A stretch of DNA of 64,000 bases from Centruroides vittatus (taxonomy: Eukaryota). Positions 1 to 12,540 of the stretch are shown here, piece by piece; the first letter of the stretch is position 1, and every line of letters begins with the position of its first letter. The stretch is from contig NW_027122681.1 of NCBI RefSeq assembly GCF_030686945.1, forward strand, positions 1,738,938 to 1,802,937, in the 5' to 3' direction. Position numbers and translations under genes: made by a program. The notes beneath the pieces are model-generated. The model worked only from the letters and a program-made list of their open reading frames with translations, was not told where the DNA came from and did not search any database.

Positions 1-594
1 AGAATTTCTTTTGATAAATTTAAGCCGATAAATCTTAGAGTGGGGGAAAATTGTACAGATTTCTAAGTGACAACTTCGTGTATGTGACATCTCATTCAAA
101 AATGCCCAATAAATATTAATGCAAACGTTGTGAAATGAATAAAACGACAGACTTGAAAAAATTCGTGAAGCTCGAAAAAAATAAAATAAAAGGAAAGGGA
201 AAGTTATCATTGTTTCTTGACAAATCACTGCATTCCTAATAGCTTCACTTGACCTTTAGGGCTTATACCATCAAATTTGTAACGATAAAGAAAGGATGCC
301 ATTGGTTTATTTTCTTTTTTTTTTATTTATTTTTTATTTTTTATTGTGTTCGTCCCCACTCCATCTCTGTTTTAAAAATAAATAACCTTCGCTATATTTC
401 ATAGAAAATTCATGTAAGTTCAAATATCTTCGAAAGCCCGGGGATAACATTTTTTTTTCGAAAATGGCCTCGTCAAAATAACATAACTTTGTATGGAGTC
501 GATAAGCTTGAGGGGTTGGAATTTTCTTTGTTTATTTATTTATTTCCGTATCGAATTATGTAGCCTTACAGAACAGGTTATCGCCTCCTCTTTA

Positions 595-1110
595 CTTTCT
601 CGGCTGTTATATATGAGGAAAGGTACGGCGATCGGTCAAAAATGACCTCCTTCCACAAGATTTTTACATTTTTGGGCTTAGGACACCTTTAAATGTCGAA
701 ATGCAAAAAAAAATTCGGGTTTTTTTTTTTCGTATGGATGTATGGATGTTAGTGTGTGTGGGAGGCACGATTTCGTTCATCCACTTTGAAGCTTAATAAC
801 TTCTGTGCTTTTTGTCGAAAATTTGTGAAATTTTGCAGGGACGTTTGTTTATTACGGGGATCGATGCTATTAAATTTTGGTGGTTAACGGTCGAGGGGTT
901 GAGGAGATAGTCGTGTGCATCTCCAGTAGGGTCGGACTTAATGACGATTTTACTCGTTATTAACATTAACAATTTTTTTCTATAAAACCCATTTCTACTC
1001 TCGACATTAAGCTTTTTGCCATTTTATAATAGTTAAAAACTTTTTAATAAAACATGATAACAGATGGCGCCACCAAGTGTTGCCGGGAAAGTTAAGCAAC
1101 TCGTATTTTT
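595..1110. mobile_element. Copy 1 of a composite dispersed repeat ('R1'). Its four blocks are also found at 7600-8340, with partial copies at 10240-10440 and 23560-23700.
   Basis: Four blocks recur in the same order at 7600-8340: 600-700 vs 7600-7700, 770-850 vs 7920-7990, 880-960 vs 8100-8180, and 1025-1105 vs 8258-8335. The last block contains the motif cagatggcg. Confidence 0.5.
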
Positions 1111-1189
1111 TTTAATGGAGGAAGTTCAAAAAATTATCGCGACATTTTCACAATGCCGGCCTGCAAGTCTTAATCGTGTTTTTTTTAAA

Positions 1190-1480
1190 ATAATTTATTT
1201 AATTTAAATTACATCCTCTCGATCTCAAATTACTAGTATCTTGCCCCTGTACATCATACTTTTCCCGATAACAACAGGGTCGTGCGTAACTCCATTCTGG
1301 GGAAAACTTTAGAATTGAAATCACGTGACTTCTGTTCTAGAAGTTCGTATATAGAAATAATAGGAGGCCCGGTAAGCTTTCCATATCTGCTCTCGACTTT
1401 CATCTATCAAACAACGTTCTCGAGATTAAAGAAGGACAGACAGACGGACGACAGTGAGAATTTATAGGTCTACAGTCCTA
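1190..1480 (-). mobile_element. SINE-like or 5'-truncated LINE retroposon, copy a. On the minus strand it ends in a poly(A)-like tail.
   Basis: About 75-80% identical to 21290-21590 and 49740-49955. The block ends ...gacagacagacggacgacagtgagaatttataggtctacag. A T-rich run on the plus strand at the low-coordinate end corresponds to poly(A) on the minus strand. Confidence 0.45.
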
Positions 1481-2459
1481 TATATATTATATACACCCTT
1501 CTATACGCGACTGTAACTCTGTAAATTTAAAAAAAAGGGAGACGTGTCGAATACGTGGTCTCTATTTATTCTCTTTTAGGACGAGATAACTAGATGTAGA
1601 CATTTTTCGATTTATGTAAATAGAAGGAATATGACTTTTGAAAATTTTACTTGAGGGTGTAAGTCATTTTCATGGCATGTTTATCTTTACGAGCGGGATC
1701 TGTTTGAATTTTATCTAGAAGAGATCAAACAGAATCGAGCCAGGTCGTAGATAAAGCTGTTGAAAATCGTCCAGGTGTGATATGACTGCATCATGTCGCC
1801 CGTAAAATTTTAAATTTTAATGTGTTTAAAAGGCGTATTATGCGGCCGGCACACAAGGAAAATTGTAATCCCTATCGAATGTTTTGTTTGTACTCCCCGT
1901 AACGTCACTTTATTATTATTACATATCCTTAAGTAACGCGATACTTTATTGCCATTTTAAATTTATTATTATCGATTGGTGTGTGTAGGATCATCATCAT
2001 CATCAATGCAGGCTGATTAATTTTTAAGTCAGTTTGGAGTCCACGCTCGGTAACTTTCGGCATTGGTGAAGGGGGAAAAATTAGAAATTCGTTCAAATTC
2101 CGATTATTCATCATTTGTTATGGAGTAGGAAAGTAAGTATACAATTTAAATGAAACCCGCTAGATAATAACTCATTCTATACGCTTGACTACTAGACAAT
2201 AGAAGCGAATTCTAATAAATGTTTACCAGTTATTATCTGGAGTAATATCTCATCAAACAATCCAGAGAAATTGTTGATGTATATATTATATACAGCTGAA
2301 AAAAAAAATTGTTTATTTAATCTAATAATTTAGATACTAACTTTATATGGTTTACTATAAATTTTCATATTTGAGACCTTAATGTTTCATTATTTTTTTA
2401 TACGCTTTTTCTTCTCCAGAATGCTTAATATTTGTGTATTTTAATTGTGCAAATTAAAA

Positions 2460-3190
2460 AATAAAATCCAACAGAGAAATGTACGTGTTAAAAATTACGT
2501 AATTTAAAATGTACAAGCAAAAATTCTAGATACAGTTTCTTTATCTAGAATTGTTATATGTACAGTACACTTCTAATTATGCAATTTTTCACTCCAGGAT
2601 TTTAATTTGCGTATTTCTTTATCTAGAATTTTGCTTGTACATTTCCAATTGTAGAAAATTTAAATATGTACATTTCTCTTATACAAAATTAAAAATCGTA
2701 AGAGAAATACGCATTTAAATTTTCTACAATTAGAAATGTACAAGTAAAATTCTAGATAAAGAAATATACAAATGTTAAAAATCGTATTTCTTTTTCTTTA
2801 TCTAGAATTTTTCTTGTACATTTCTTTATTGTAAAATATTTAAATGTGTATATTTCTCTTACGATTTTTAATTTTGTATAAGAGAAATGTACATATTTAA
2901 ATTTTCTACAATTAGAAATGTACAAGCAAACTTCTAGATAAAGAAATATGCAAATTAAAATCCTAGAATGAAAAATTGCATAATTAGAAATGTACTGTAC
3001 AAATAAAAATTCCAGATAAAGAAATACGATTTTTAAATTTGTATATCTAGAATTTTTATATGTACTATACAGTACATTTCTAATTATGCAATTTTTCATT
3101 CTAGGATTTTAATTTGCATATTTCTTTATCTAGAATTTTGCTTGTACATTTCCAATTGTAGAATAGTTTAATGTGTGCATTTCTGTTTTA
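2460..3190. repeat. Array of nested palindromic satellite units, about 180 bp each, bounded by tctaga sites.
   Basis: Alternating direct and inverted copies of motifs such as tctagaattttgcttgtacatttccaattgtagaaaatttaaatatgtacatttctcttatac, with hairpin centres near 2690 and 2870. A larger inverted pair lies at 2540-2610 vs 2930-3010, and a direct copy at 3045-3130. Confidence 0.7.
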
Positions 3191-3676
3191 AAAATGTTTA
3201 AATAAAGAAATATACAAATTTAATGTTTTCACGTGTACATTACTCTTTCAAGAATTTTTTTAATTTTTAAATTTCTTGATATTGAATACTTCTACAAATT
3301 CCTCCATCCTGATTTTTTTTTAAACTATAATATACAAGTAGCAGATCCTGATTCAGTTAAGCCGGGAAATTTTTCAATAGCTGTAAATGCCTCTCACCGG
3401 AAAGTATTACTGCAACTCTTAAAACTACTTTAAAATTTGTTGTTTTTTTTCTTTATAAACAAGAAAAATTTATACGATTTTTACTAGAAATAATATTATT
3501 ACTACTAATAAAAAATACATACGTGTGCACCATCTCCAGCACTTTAATATACTTTAATAAAATATAACGAGGATTTAAAACGTTTTCGGACTTTTATAAT
3601 CTTATAAATAATTTTAATTAAATTTATTGATTGTAAATTTCATTAAAAATTAAAATTATCTCGTTTTTTCCGTTAG

Positions 3677-3762
3677 GTTAAAAGGAAAAAAAATAGGAAG
3701 AAACGTATAAAAAAAAATGGATCAGAATCGAGGAAAGATGATGATGAAAAAATTCCATTCAG
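3677..3762 (+). CDS. Candidate first coding exon. ATG at 3717, then MDQNRGKMMMKKFHS, ending in a GTAAAG donor.
   Basis: Acceptor-like ttttttccgttag|G at 3675-3676. A-rich context before the ATG. Strong donor CAG|GTAAAGTG at 3763. No downstream exons were identified. Confidence 0.25.
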
Positions 3763-4619
3763 GTAAAGTGAATAAATTTAAATCTTTTAAACTAATAAAA
3801 GTGACAAGATTAAAACTTTATTTAGCATACAAAATAGAAATTAAACAAAAATCTCATTAAATAAAACCTATTAACGAAACTTACTGAACAATATAACAAT
3901 AGGAGGATAAGATTTTAATTTTGTTTCCTTCTCCTCCTTTATTTTATTTTCTTTATTTTTATAACAAAAATGTTGTTGGTTTTTTTTGTTCATTTGATAA
4001 ATATCAAAAAATGGCGACGGTAAGAAAAAAATATATATATATCGTCGAGTAAATTACATGCAGCTCTCCCTTTCTCTTCTCTCTCTAATTGCACGTTTTA
4101 CTATTATAACAAGCATATATATAGATATGGCGAGTAGTTTTATTACTTTTTTGTTGGAAAACGGAAATAAATAAACATAGACAACCGGATATTTTAAAGA
4201 AAACATCTGGTTATAAAAGTATATCAAGAGATATCTTCCAATGTAGTAGAGCTACAAACATTAACCTGGTTATCTAAACAGTATGACAAATGGACATCAT
4301 TTCACTTCCCTCGTTAAAGTGCAGCATTATCTTCAGTAAATCATCCGAGTTACTTGTGCAAAGCACTGTTTCATTATTTATGATCTCAAAATTTTCGAAT
4401 TTATAGTAATCAGTGGATATCTTCCGGAAGATTGGATGATAAAAATTATTGTTTTCCATGAATGAATCAATCATCCATTCGAAATTGATATTTTAGGAGT
4501 TTGACGTATTTGTTAAAGTTTTATTTATATAATTTTTTTTTTTAAATTTGAAATAAAATATATATATATATATATATTTTATTTCAAAATTTAAAAGTTA
4601 GAATTCTAAGAATATGAAA

Positions 4620-5040
4620 TAAAATGCTTAAAATCGATTTGAATTCAATTAATCGTAAAAATACGCTTAATGTTAATAGTTTATCAAGTAAATACATTGA
4701 TTAATCGATTTAAAATGACTCAGTTTAGTATCGATTAATAAATAAATCGATTTGAAATCGATTAATTGTAATAACAACTTAAATATTAATTTCTATTTTA
4801 TTACGATTAATCGATTTGAAATCGATTTATTTATTAATCGATTACTGATTAATCGATTTAAAATGGATCGATTTATTTATTAATCGATACCAAATTGATG
4901 TTAAATCGATTAATCGATTTCTGTTGTGTTAAATAACAATTAATTTATAACTTATCGAGTAAATTCGATTAATTAATCGATTATCACCAGCTTACATTCG
5001 AATAATAGACGAATCGATTATTGTTGTATTACAACTTAAT
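4620..5040. repeat. Dense array of about 15 palindromic TTAATCGATTAA-type motifs in roughly 420 bp.
   Basis: Repeated taatcgatttgaaatcgattaat and ttaatcgatt units. ATCGAT is otherwise rare in this AT-rich sequence. No unique spacers, no ORF. Confidence 0.7.
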
Positions 5041-5778
5041 GATTTAAAATAATTTTAATGAAATATTTTAAAAATTTAAATTAATAATTTTATTATTATG
5101 AATAAAAATAATAATATAATGAGATTGTTATTGTTTATTAACGTTTACGTAGAAGTAATTTGAACTAATTAAATAATTTTAAATTCACAATTAAAAAAAA
5201 AAAATAGAAAATTAATCCACTTAAATCCAATCTCTTAAGACTATAGAAAAATATTTTTCGCGAAATTTTTCCAGACAAACCTTTTATTTATTTTTATTTC
5301 TTTCCCCCGTTTTCTCGCTTGTACTATTTGAAATATTTGGCGTGGAGATTCTTCAAATAACTCGAATAAAAGTCAGGATTTAGAATACATATATTTATAT
5401 AAATATGCCACTTGTTAAAAATTTTATATAAACTTCTCTCTTCCATTTTACAATGTTCATAAATATTTTTTAAACCATTTTCTTTCGAGTTAAAGTAATA
5501 AAAAAATTTCCTGTATTATGCGGTAAACTAAAACGACGTTTATAAAAAAATTAATTTCAGGTATACGTCATTGTAAAAGATCTTAATACAATCCTGAAAC
5601 AGCCTTGCTGATTTCCTTTTTATTATTATTATTATTATTATTATATATTATATTTTACTTTTTTCGCTACTCCAATCTGATGTAAATAGCCACACGCTGT
5701 TCCACATGTATAACATTACTAATTCAGAATCCATTATTCAAATTGAATCAAGCTTTTTCCTCTTTACTTTCCCCCCCT

Positions 5779-5810
<32 letters not shown>

Positions 5811-6159
5811 TTTTCTATTTTCCTCCCCTTCTCCTGTGCTTTCTGGAAGAGACTTTTCATAAATTTCCCTTTTCACTTTACTGATATGCATATAAAGATA
5901 TCAATCTCTGTATAATCCTATCATAATAATTTTTAAACTTTTAGTCAAGTTTAAATTTAATTCTCTAAAAATCAATGGAGTGTTTTTTTTTTTTTGTGTA
6001 GGTGTGTATTCTTGTAAAGTCTTCTATGTAAACTTAATGTTCTAATGGTTTTTGTAATAGATTTAATGGAAATTAATCAAGATAATTATGTTTTTAAACA
6101 GATTAAAGCGTGTAAAAATATTTCTTGCTGCTTTTCAAAAAAATATAATCGAAAACTTG

Positions 6160-7090
6160 CTTAGAAATACAGTAAAACCTGCGTAAACCGGTATGGCTCG
6201 GTACCAAATATGTCTTTTTTCCTCTGACAGGTTTCCATTTTTTGCAGGTTTTTGTTTTAACATTGGAAATAGATTGGCTCCGAAGAATCTTTCCGTTTTA
6301 AGCAGGTTTTACTGTTTAAATCAAGACTAAACCGACTCTTAAAAGATTTAAATCGTAAAAACATTACAAATATTTAAAAATATAAATTTGTTATAAGTAA
6401 AACCTGTCTAAAACGGAAACCTGTCGAACAGGGAAAAATATTCGGTACCGTGCTGTTCCGGTTTATACAGGTTTTACTATATTTTTAAGGTTTCTAAGCA
6501 GGTTTTTTAATTATTTTCAAGTGTTTAATAGCCTTAAATAATTAACTTTTAAATTATTTGAATTATTACTATAATATAGTAGTGTAATAAAGTATAAAAA
6601 TATTATGCTATATTATTTTAATTACCATTAAATTACTTTAATAGTAATTAAAATAATTGATAATACTAATAAAAATCCTATAAAAGTGCATAAAATACCG
6701 TAATGAGTTACTATAAAATCTATAAAAAATGTAATAAAGGCCACTAAAATGTTTAAAACCTTTCATATTGTAAGCTTATGAGCCCAAATAATTAATTTTA
6801 AAATTAATTGTTTGAACTGGAAAAATATTTTAGATTAACTCATTACAGAATATTTTACGTAAAAATTTAATGCCTTTTTCATAGGAGTTTTATCGTTATG
6901 TATACCAGTAAAACCTGTGTAAACCGGAATCGCACGGTACGGATTTTTTCAGGTTTGGCAGGTTTCCGTTTCAAACAGGTTTTTAACACAAGAAAATTCG
7001 TTTCTTTCTTCGAATTACAGTATTTCGGTTTAGGCAGGTTTCCGTTTTATACGAGTTCCGTTTCAGACAGGTTTAATAATAAAACGTGGA
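6160..7090. mobile_element. Cluster of fragments of one MITE family. Terminal motif is cagtaaaacctg...ccggtttatacaggttttactg. Other copies at 8015-8097 and 22650-22790.
   Basis: 6160-6250, 6400-6490 and 6895-7085 each carry cagtaaaacctg(t/c)NNaaaccgg / ccggtttaNacaggttttact ends. The family is TA-flanked at 8015-8097. Confidence 0.55.
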
Positions 7091-7599
7091 TTTTTGGTGT
7101 ATATATATATATTTTTTCGTCTCGTAAAAAATGAAGTTTTAATAAAGTAAACTGGTGGTAAATTGCAGTTAACAACTTTTCAAAATGGCTTGTTGTAAAC
7201 ACGATTAAAAAAGGATAAATTTTCCAGAAACTTTTAGTAGCAGAAGCGAAAGAAATTAGGTTTTAACTTTATCTAGAAAGTTTCTTTGCTCTGCCCTTCA
7301 CAAGAGACAATGGAATTTACTTAGTTTTGCTTCAGATAATAGAAAGCGATTGATGTTTCATTAGGACAGATAAAGGTGGCTGATACGTTGATTAATGTGC
7401 CCGATCAGAACAAAGTACCAATGGCAATAAGATCTTACATACCCCATAGCTAATACTCGGGGCATTATCTAACAGAAGATATAATTTGAATTAGATGTTT
7501 ATCGATGGAAAGCAATTTATATCTCGTTTGCTGTATTTCAGCTTGAAATTTCAAGCTTTTCCAGTTGTAAATAACCAATTTCTTTTATTATTTTTTTTG

Positions 7600-8340
7600 T
7601 AATTTTTTGGCTGTGGGGGGAAAGTATGGCCACTGGTCAAAAATGACCTCCATTTTTGTACTGAAACTTCCAGAAATGTAAAAAAGTTGGTGGGCTTTTT
7701 GTATTAATGCGTGAAGGAGGCCAGTAGGCCCAGACAAATTTGAATTAGGGGGCCGTGTACTTTGCTGACTTCAGACATTTTCCTTCGGGGAATTTTTGGG
7801 ACTTTTTTCGACATTTTTGGGAGGAATATTTTCTTATAAAAGATTGGTTTGGAGCCCCCTGTTAGTGGGGGAGGGTTCAGGCAATTGCCCTTTTTGCCCT
7901 GATAACGCGCCACTGGAGGAGGCACTGTTTTGTTCGCCCACTTTAAAGCTTAATAACTCCTGTGTCTTCTGTCGGAAATTTCTGAAATTTTGTGTATTAG
8001 GGGTATTGATAGTATTACAGTAAAACCTGTCCAAAACGGAAACCTGCCAAAATATTCGGTATCGTGCGATTCCGGTTTACACGGGTTTTACTGTATATTT
8101 TGGTGGTTAAAGGTCAAGAGGGGGTTCGCGTGTCGTATCTCCTGTGTGATCGGACGTTGTGATTTTGTTATTAGCATTTACATTTTTTTTTTCTTTTTAA
8201 ATAAAACTCGTCTCTAACCTAAAGTTAAGCTTTCTTTTGTGTCATTCTATAATAGTTAATAAAAATAAAATCTGACAACAGATGGCGTCACAAGCAATAT
8301 TTAACTTTATCGCCGGGAAAGTTACGCAACTCTGCTAGAT
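7600..8340. mobile_element. Copy 2 of composite repeat R1, carrying a nested MITE insertion at 8015-8097.
   Basis: Same block order as 595-1110. The nested MITE is an 83-bp ta|cagtaaaacctg...ggttttactg|ta insert between blocks B and C. Confidence 0.5.
8015..8097. mobile_element. Stowaway/Tc1-like MITE with a TA target-site duplication.
   Basis: cagtaaaacctgtccaaaacggaaacctg...ccggtttacacgggttttactg flanked by TA on both sides. It interrupts the R1 repeat relative to copy 1. Confidence 0.6.
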
Positions 8341-11300
8341 CTTTTCCTCTCTTCAGCTAAGCGCATAAAAGTCAGCAAGTAAGACGATAAAGATTTTAGC
8401 GAAAGCGAAAATTAAATTTAGTTATAATAAAGTAAAAATTCTTATCGTCGCAGTTTATCTTTTTAATAAATTGCAAGTTAAACAAACAGGGAAAAGGTTG
8501 TTTGCCGTAGCGAAAACAAATGAAAACGGAGGGAGAAAAAATGGAGTCCATCAATAGATTTAATCGTAAGAAATCGTTAATTTCCGTTAAGAATTAAAAT
8601 AAACTTTATTTATTTATTTATTTTTTACTGAATGGATTAAGATGGATGAGTGTTTGTTTTATATTTATGGAAGTGTCGCGGGGGGGAGTCTAATTTAGGC
8701 CAGGTGTCGACGTCTCGTCATTGTAAGTGGCTGTTCAAACGTATTGTGACACAGACCGATTTGTCAAACCACTTCGATAAACGGGTGTTTTGTCATAAAG
8801 TGATGGATAATGTCACAACTCCCAGAAACCAATTTACTTCTTTTGTACAACTCAATCGATGAGAGTGTAAACAATAAGACTAGTCTCACTTTTATGATGT
8901 ATTCAAGAGATTTCGGGGGATTTAAAAGGGAAAAAAAGACGGGGGGGGAGCATATTTTATGTATGATAAAAGCCATATAAAAATTTCGTCTACCTTAAAA
9001 TTCGAAGTTAATAAATAGGGTTTCGCACCGAAAGATTATTAGTTTATGCTTCACTTGTCTTATGACATGGACTCTTTAATCGGCTTAATTATTATCTCCG
9101 TTCTGTTAAAGGATTTACTTCTCTTGAAAGAGATTCCATCCATGGATGCTCTTAACCTTTAACACAGAGGTGAGGCAAGTCGTTAATAAGAAAAATCCAA
9201 TAAATTTGCCTGATTAGAAGTGAGAAATTTGACTTTCTCCACTCCGTTAGATGCGGACGAGGCATCGGAAACTGCAGAAAATCCTTGTTTTTTCCCACCC
9301 CCTTCTCCTTTTAATGTTTAGAAAGTAAACAAAGTAGAGAGATAAACCAGTTATTAAAAGACGTGAATCACTTCTCAGTTTATAAAAGGCGTATACCCGG
9401 CTGTTAGTTTATATAAACAACCTTATCCGCTTCGCAATTACACGGCCCTTCTCCTTATATAAGCATAGAAATGAGTTGTTTATGACCCCCCTCAGTGTAA
9501 ACAGTGAATAAGAATAGAAAGACTTTATCCGCTCCTGTGGTTATATCTACTGACGAACACGAACACGAATACTATAGGCATTCTGCTGTACATAATCTGT
9601 ACGTACTTATAAACAGTGTAATAAAATTTAACTAGTGGGAATTAATTATCGAGTGAGTTATTACAACTTATTCCTTCCCGTTAGATGGATTGTTGTTAAT
9701 GTCCGCTGTGATAATTTACATAAATCACGAATGAATGTCGAGTGCACCAGCTTAAAAATAAAGCTAATTTATGGGGTTAGAAATGGGCTCTTATTAACAT
9801 TCTTTTACCCTTCCCTCCCCCACGTGTAATGTATTCATAATTACTTGGATAATTATGATGATTACGTGGATCCAAATTGGCTCTTGGTTTAGATATTCAA
9901 ATTAGTCGAGAAATTATCTCCATTTTTATGTATTTAGCAAGACGGATTAATTGTTTATTCCGTTATTAAATTACTCACACTTATAAATGGCAAAGGAATT
10001 AAGAAAAATGTAAATAAATTGCAAGTAAATTAATTATGATAATTACGAGACCTTGCTTATGAAGATTTTAATTAATTAAACTTGTGTATACTCTTATCGG
10101 ATAATGCGCAGATTTATTATTATAATTTAGAAAAGTTAGAATCATTTTTTTCCTTCTAATTTTTAAGCATTTAATTAAGGATTTTTGACGCTTAAATTTA
10201 TTTTACTTTCTCACTCTGTTTTGTAACAAAGGGTTTATTTGGGAGCGCAATTTTGTTCGCCCACTTTGAAGCCTAATAACGCCCGTGCCTTTTGTCGAAA
10301 ACCTCTGAAATTTTGCAGGGAGGTTTGCGTGTTAGGGGAAAGCGTTTGTAGAAATTTTCAGGAAAATCGGACCATTGGTTCGAGAGATATGGTCCCCCGC
10401 CTTCTTAATATCTCCCGAACCAATCTGAAGAATGAAAGGGAATAGTAGCAATTATTAGGGATGAAAAGAAATAAAAAATGCCGAGAAAATTCAGAACAAA
10501 TCCTATTTTTATTGTGTACAAATTGAGTGATATTTGTATATTTGAAGCTTAAATTTTCTCATAGATGCATAAATTTAGAATAAGAAGACGTAGACGAAAA
10601 CAAAAACATAACCTTTTGCTCTGTTTAAAACTTGAACGACAAACATACTCGAGTATAAATAATTCGAGAGATCGAAAGCATTTCTAGAGAAAAATACACC
10701 TAATTTTCGACAATTGCACGATGTTAATGGTTGCATAGTATGTACCTTAATTATATAATCCATAGAGACAAAGTTTAAATCCATTTTAGGAATCCCCCTT
10801 TTACATTTCGCTAATTATCGCTTGCCTGTCATTCGAGATAAACATGTGTAGTTACCGACATTGGGGGCACGTAACAGGAATAGTAATTAGCATTCCGCAT
10901 TATCTACCAATTTATGCAAATTTTTCGATAGAGCAAGAAAAAACGGTTCCCCCCCGCTCTGTTCTTTCAGTTTACGCTGTCGTTTCTTTATAGCTGCATA
11001 AAATTCGATAAGATTCGATAAGGGAGGTAATAATAACAAAATTTAGCCCATTTAATCTCTTTATTTTGCATAAAAACATCCGGATAAATCGCAAAATTAC
11101 CTTTATTTTAGTGATTTACGTACGTAAAAATTCTGCGCGCTGCGAGAATGGCGATGGATTAACTCGAAAATTCGAAGAAACTAGCTTACAACGGACTGAA
11201 ATTTTAAAATTTTAAAAATGTAAATAACGGAAAATGACGTATAAAATCTCGTAAAAACGTGTAAATTTCCGGCGAGATCGAGTTTACTCGCGTTAATGAC

Positions 11301-12169
11301 ATTTTTTTCCCCTCTTCTTCTTCTTCCTTTCTTCTATGTTGAGAGGAACAAATTGAATAACTCAATTTACCAGATAACATAAATAATGTAAATCAATAAT
11401 AATTCTCGAGATGGAAACACATTATTTCATCTCACTTTTTTAATATTTCGTAAGAGAATTCGACCGTAAAATATATATATTTTCGGTTTTATAACATCAA
11501 CAATTTATTTATTTATGTTTGCTACTGTCTATAATATATATATATACAGTATATAAAATGAATTACGGATAGAAAGGGAATACTAAATAAATAAAAATAA
11601 AGAAGATTCGGTATTTTCTGACGACAAAATAAATTTATTTTCACTTTCATTTTGGATTTGGAAATATTTCCTACGTGGTAACATTAATAGAAAAATAGTT
11701 TGACGCTTCTTTAATGGCCGACAGTAGCAATTTAAAAAAACCATTTAGGGATTATTGTGTAGCTCTTCTCTTTAGTTTATATATATATATATTTTCTAAT
11801 TTGGAAAAAAAGGAAAGTTAATTATTGAATCGATAGGCCCTCTTCTAAATTTAACGCTTCTATTTTTTACTATTAATTTGCTTAATTCGAAATTACTTTC
11901 CTGTGTTTTACACTGTGTTTTACACTGTGTTTTCCCATTTACTTTACTATATTTACATTGTTATAATAGGGAAAAAAATAATTAGAATGACCTGTTTTGT
12001 TGCTTAATTTTTTTTTTGTCTTGTGGGCCTTTTAAAAGGCGATCGACGGGGTCCTACATATAAGGGACAGGTCGCGTATGAGCGTTTCTGGGGGTTTTGA
12101 TCGCTCGGATTCGAAAAGGATCCCCAGAGCGGTGAAGTAATTACCCTACTGTACTTTTTTAAACAACTC

Positions 12170-12540
12170 TTTCCGCCCCGAGAGCACTAAGAGGGCCTTT
12201 TTTTTCCCAGGCCCACAATAGTGGTGAGGGACGGGACCAGACATATCTTACGTGGACCACTCCCGAAAAGTTCCTGGGGTTTTTTTCGACTCGTTCGGAT
12301 TCGATTCCCATCAGTGACCGAGTGGATAAAACCGCCGGACACTGGTGGTTGATCGTGGGTTCGCTCCTCGCCACACGAACTTTCCCGGGTTTTCTCCGTA
12401 TTGTAACACCTAAATAGGGCCAGTTTCCCATAGGAAGTTTTCCCGGGAGGCATCCCCCCTCGGCAGATCTCCGACTTGTCACTTTGCCGTATACAAATAC
12501 ACTAGACTCTCGCTAATCCGGCCATTCCTGGCACGGAGGA
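12170..12540 (+). mobile_element. tRNA-derived SINE. The head resembles a tRNA D-arm and T-arm, and the body contains aaatagggccagtttccc.
   Basis: Head 12296-12375 reads gaccgagtggataaaaccgccgg...gtgggttcgctcctcgcc. The body is shared with 34310-34520 (ttttctcc..gtaa..cctaaatagggccagtttccc..ggcatcccccc..ggcagatc). The head is homologous to the minus-strand copy at 25400-25600. A partial inverted copy follows at 12720-12840. Confidence 0.5.

Noticed and set aside
2752-3099. 115-aa minus-strand ORF
   Set aside because: It lies inside the palindromic satellite, and its translation is low-complexity (Ile/Phe/Tyr/Lys-rich).
4274-4474. 66-aa minus-strand ORF MIDSFMENNNFYHPIFRKISTDYYKFENFEIINNETVLCTSNSDDLLKIMLHFNEGSEMMSICHTV
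   Set aside because: Its composition is somewhat coding-like and it could be a terminal exon. I found no convincing acceptor or partner exons, so it is too weak to call.
2460-5040. Possible CRISPR-like arrays (regular repeats at 2460-3190 and 4620-5040)
   Set aside because: The repeats are palindromic or inverted with no unique spacers of uniform length, and the surrounding sequence is clearly eukaryotic (introns, SINEs, poly(A) retroposons). These are not CRISPR arrays.
12159-12482. Two overlapping minus-strand ORFs of 107 and 88 aa
   Set aside because: They lie entirely within a GC-rich tRNA-derived SINE copy. Their openness is a composition effect.
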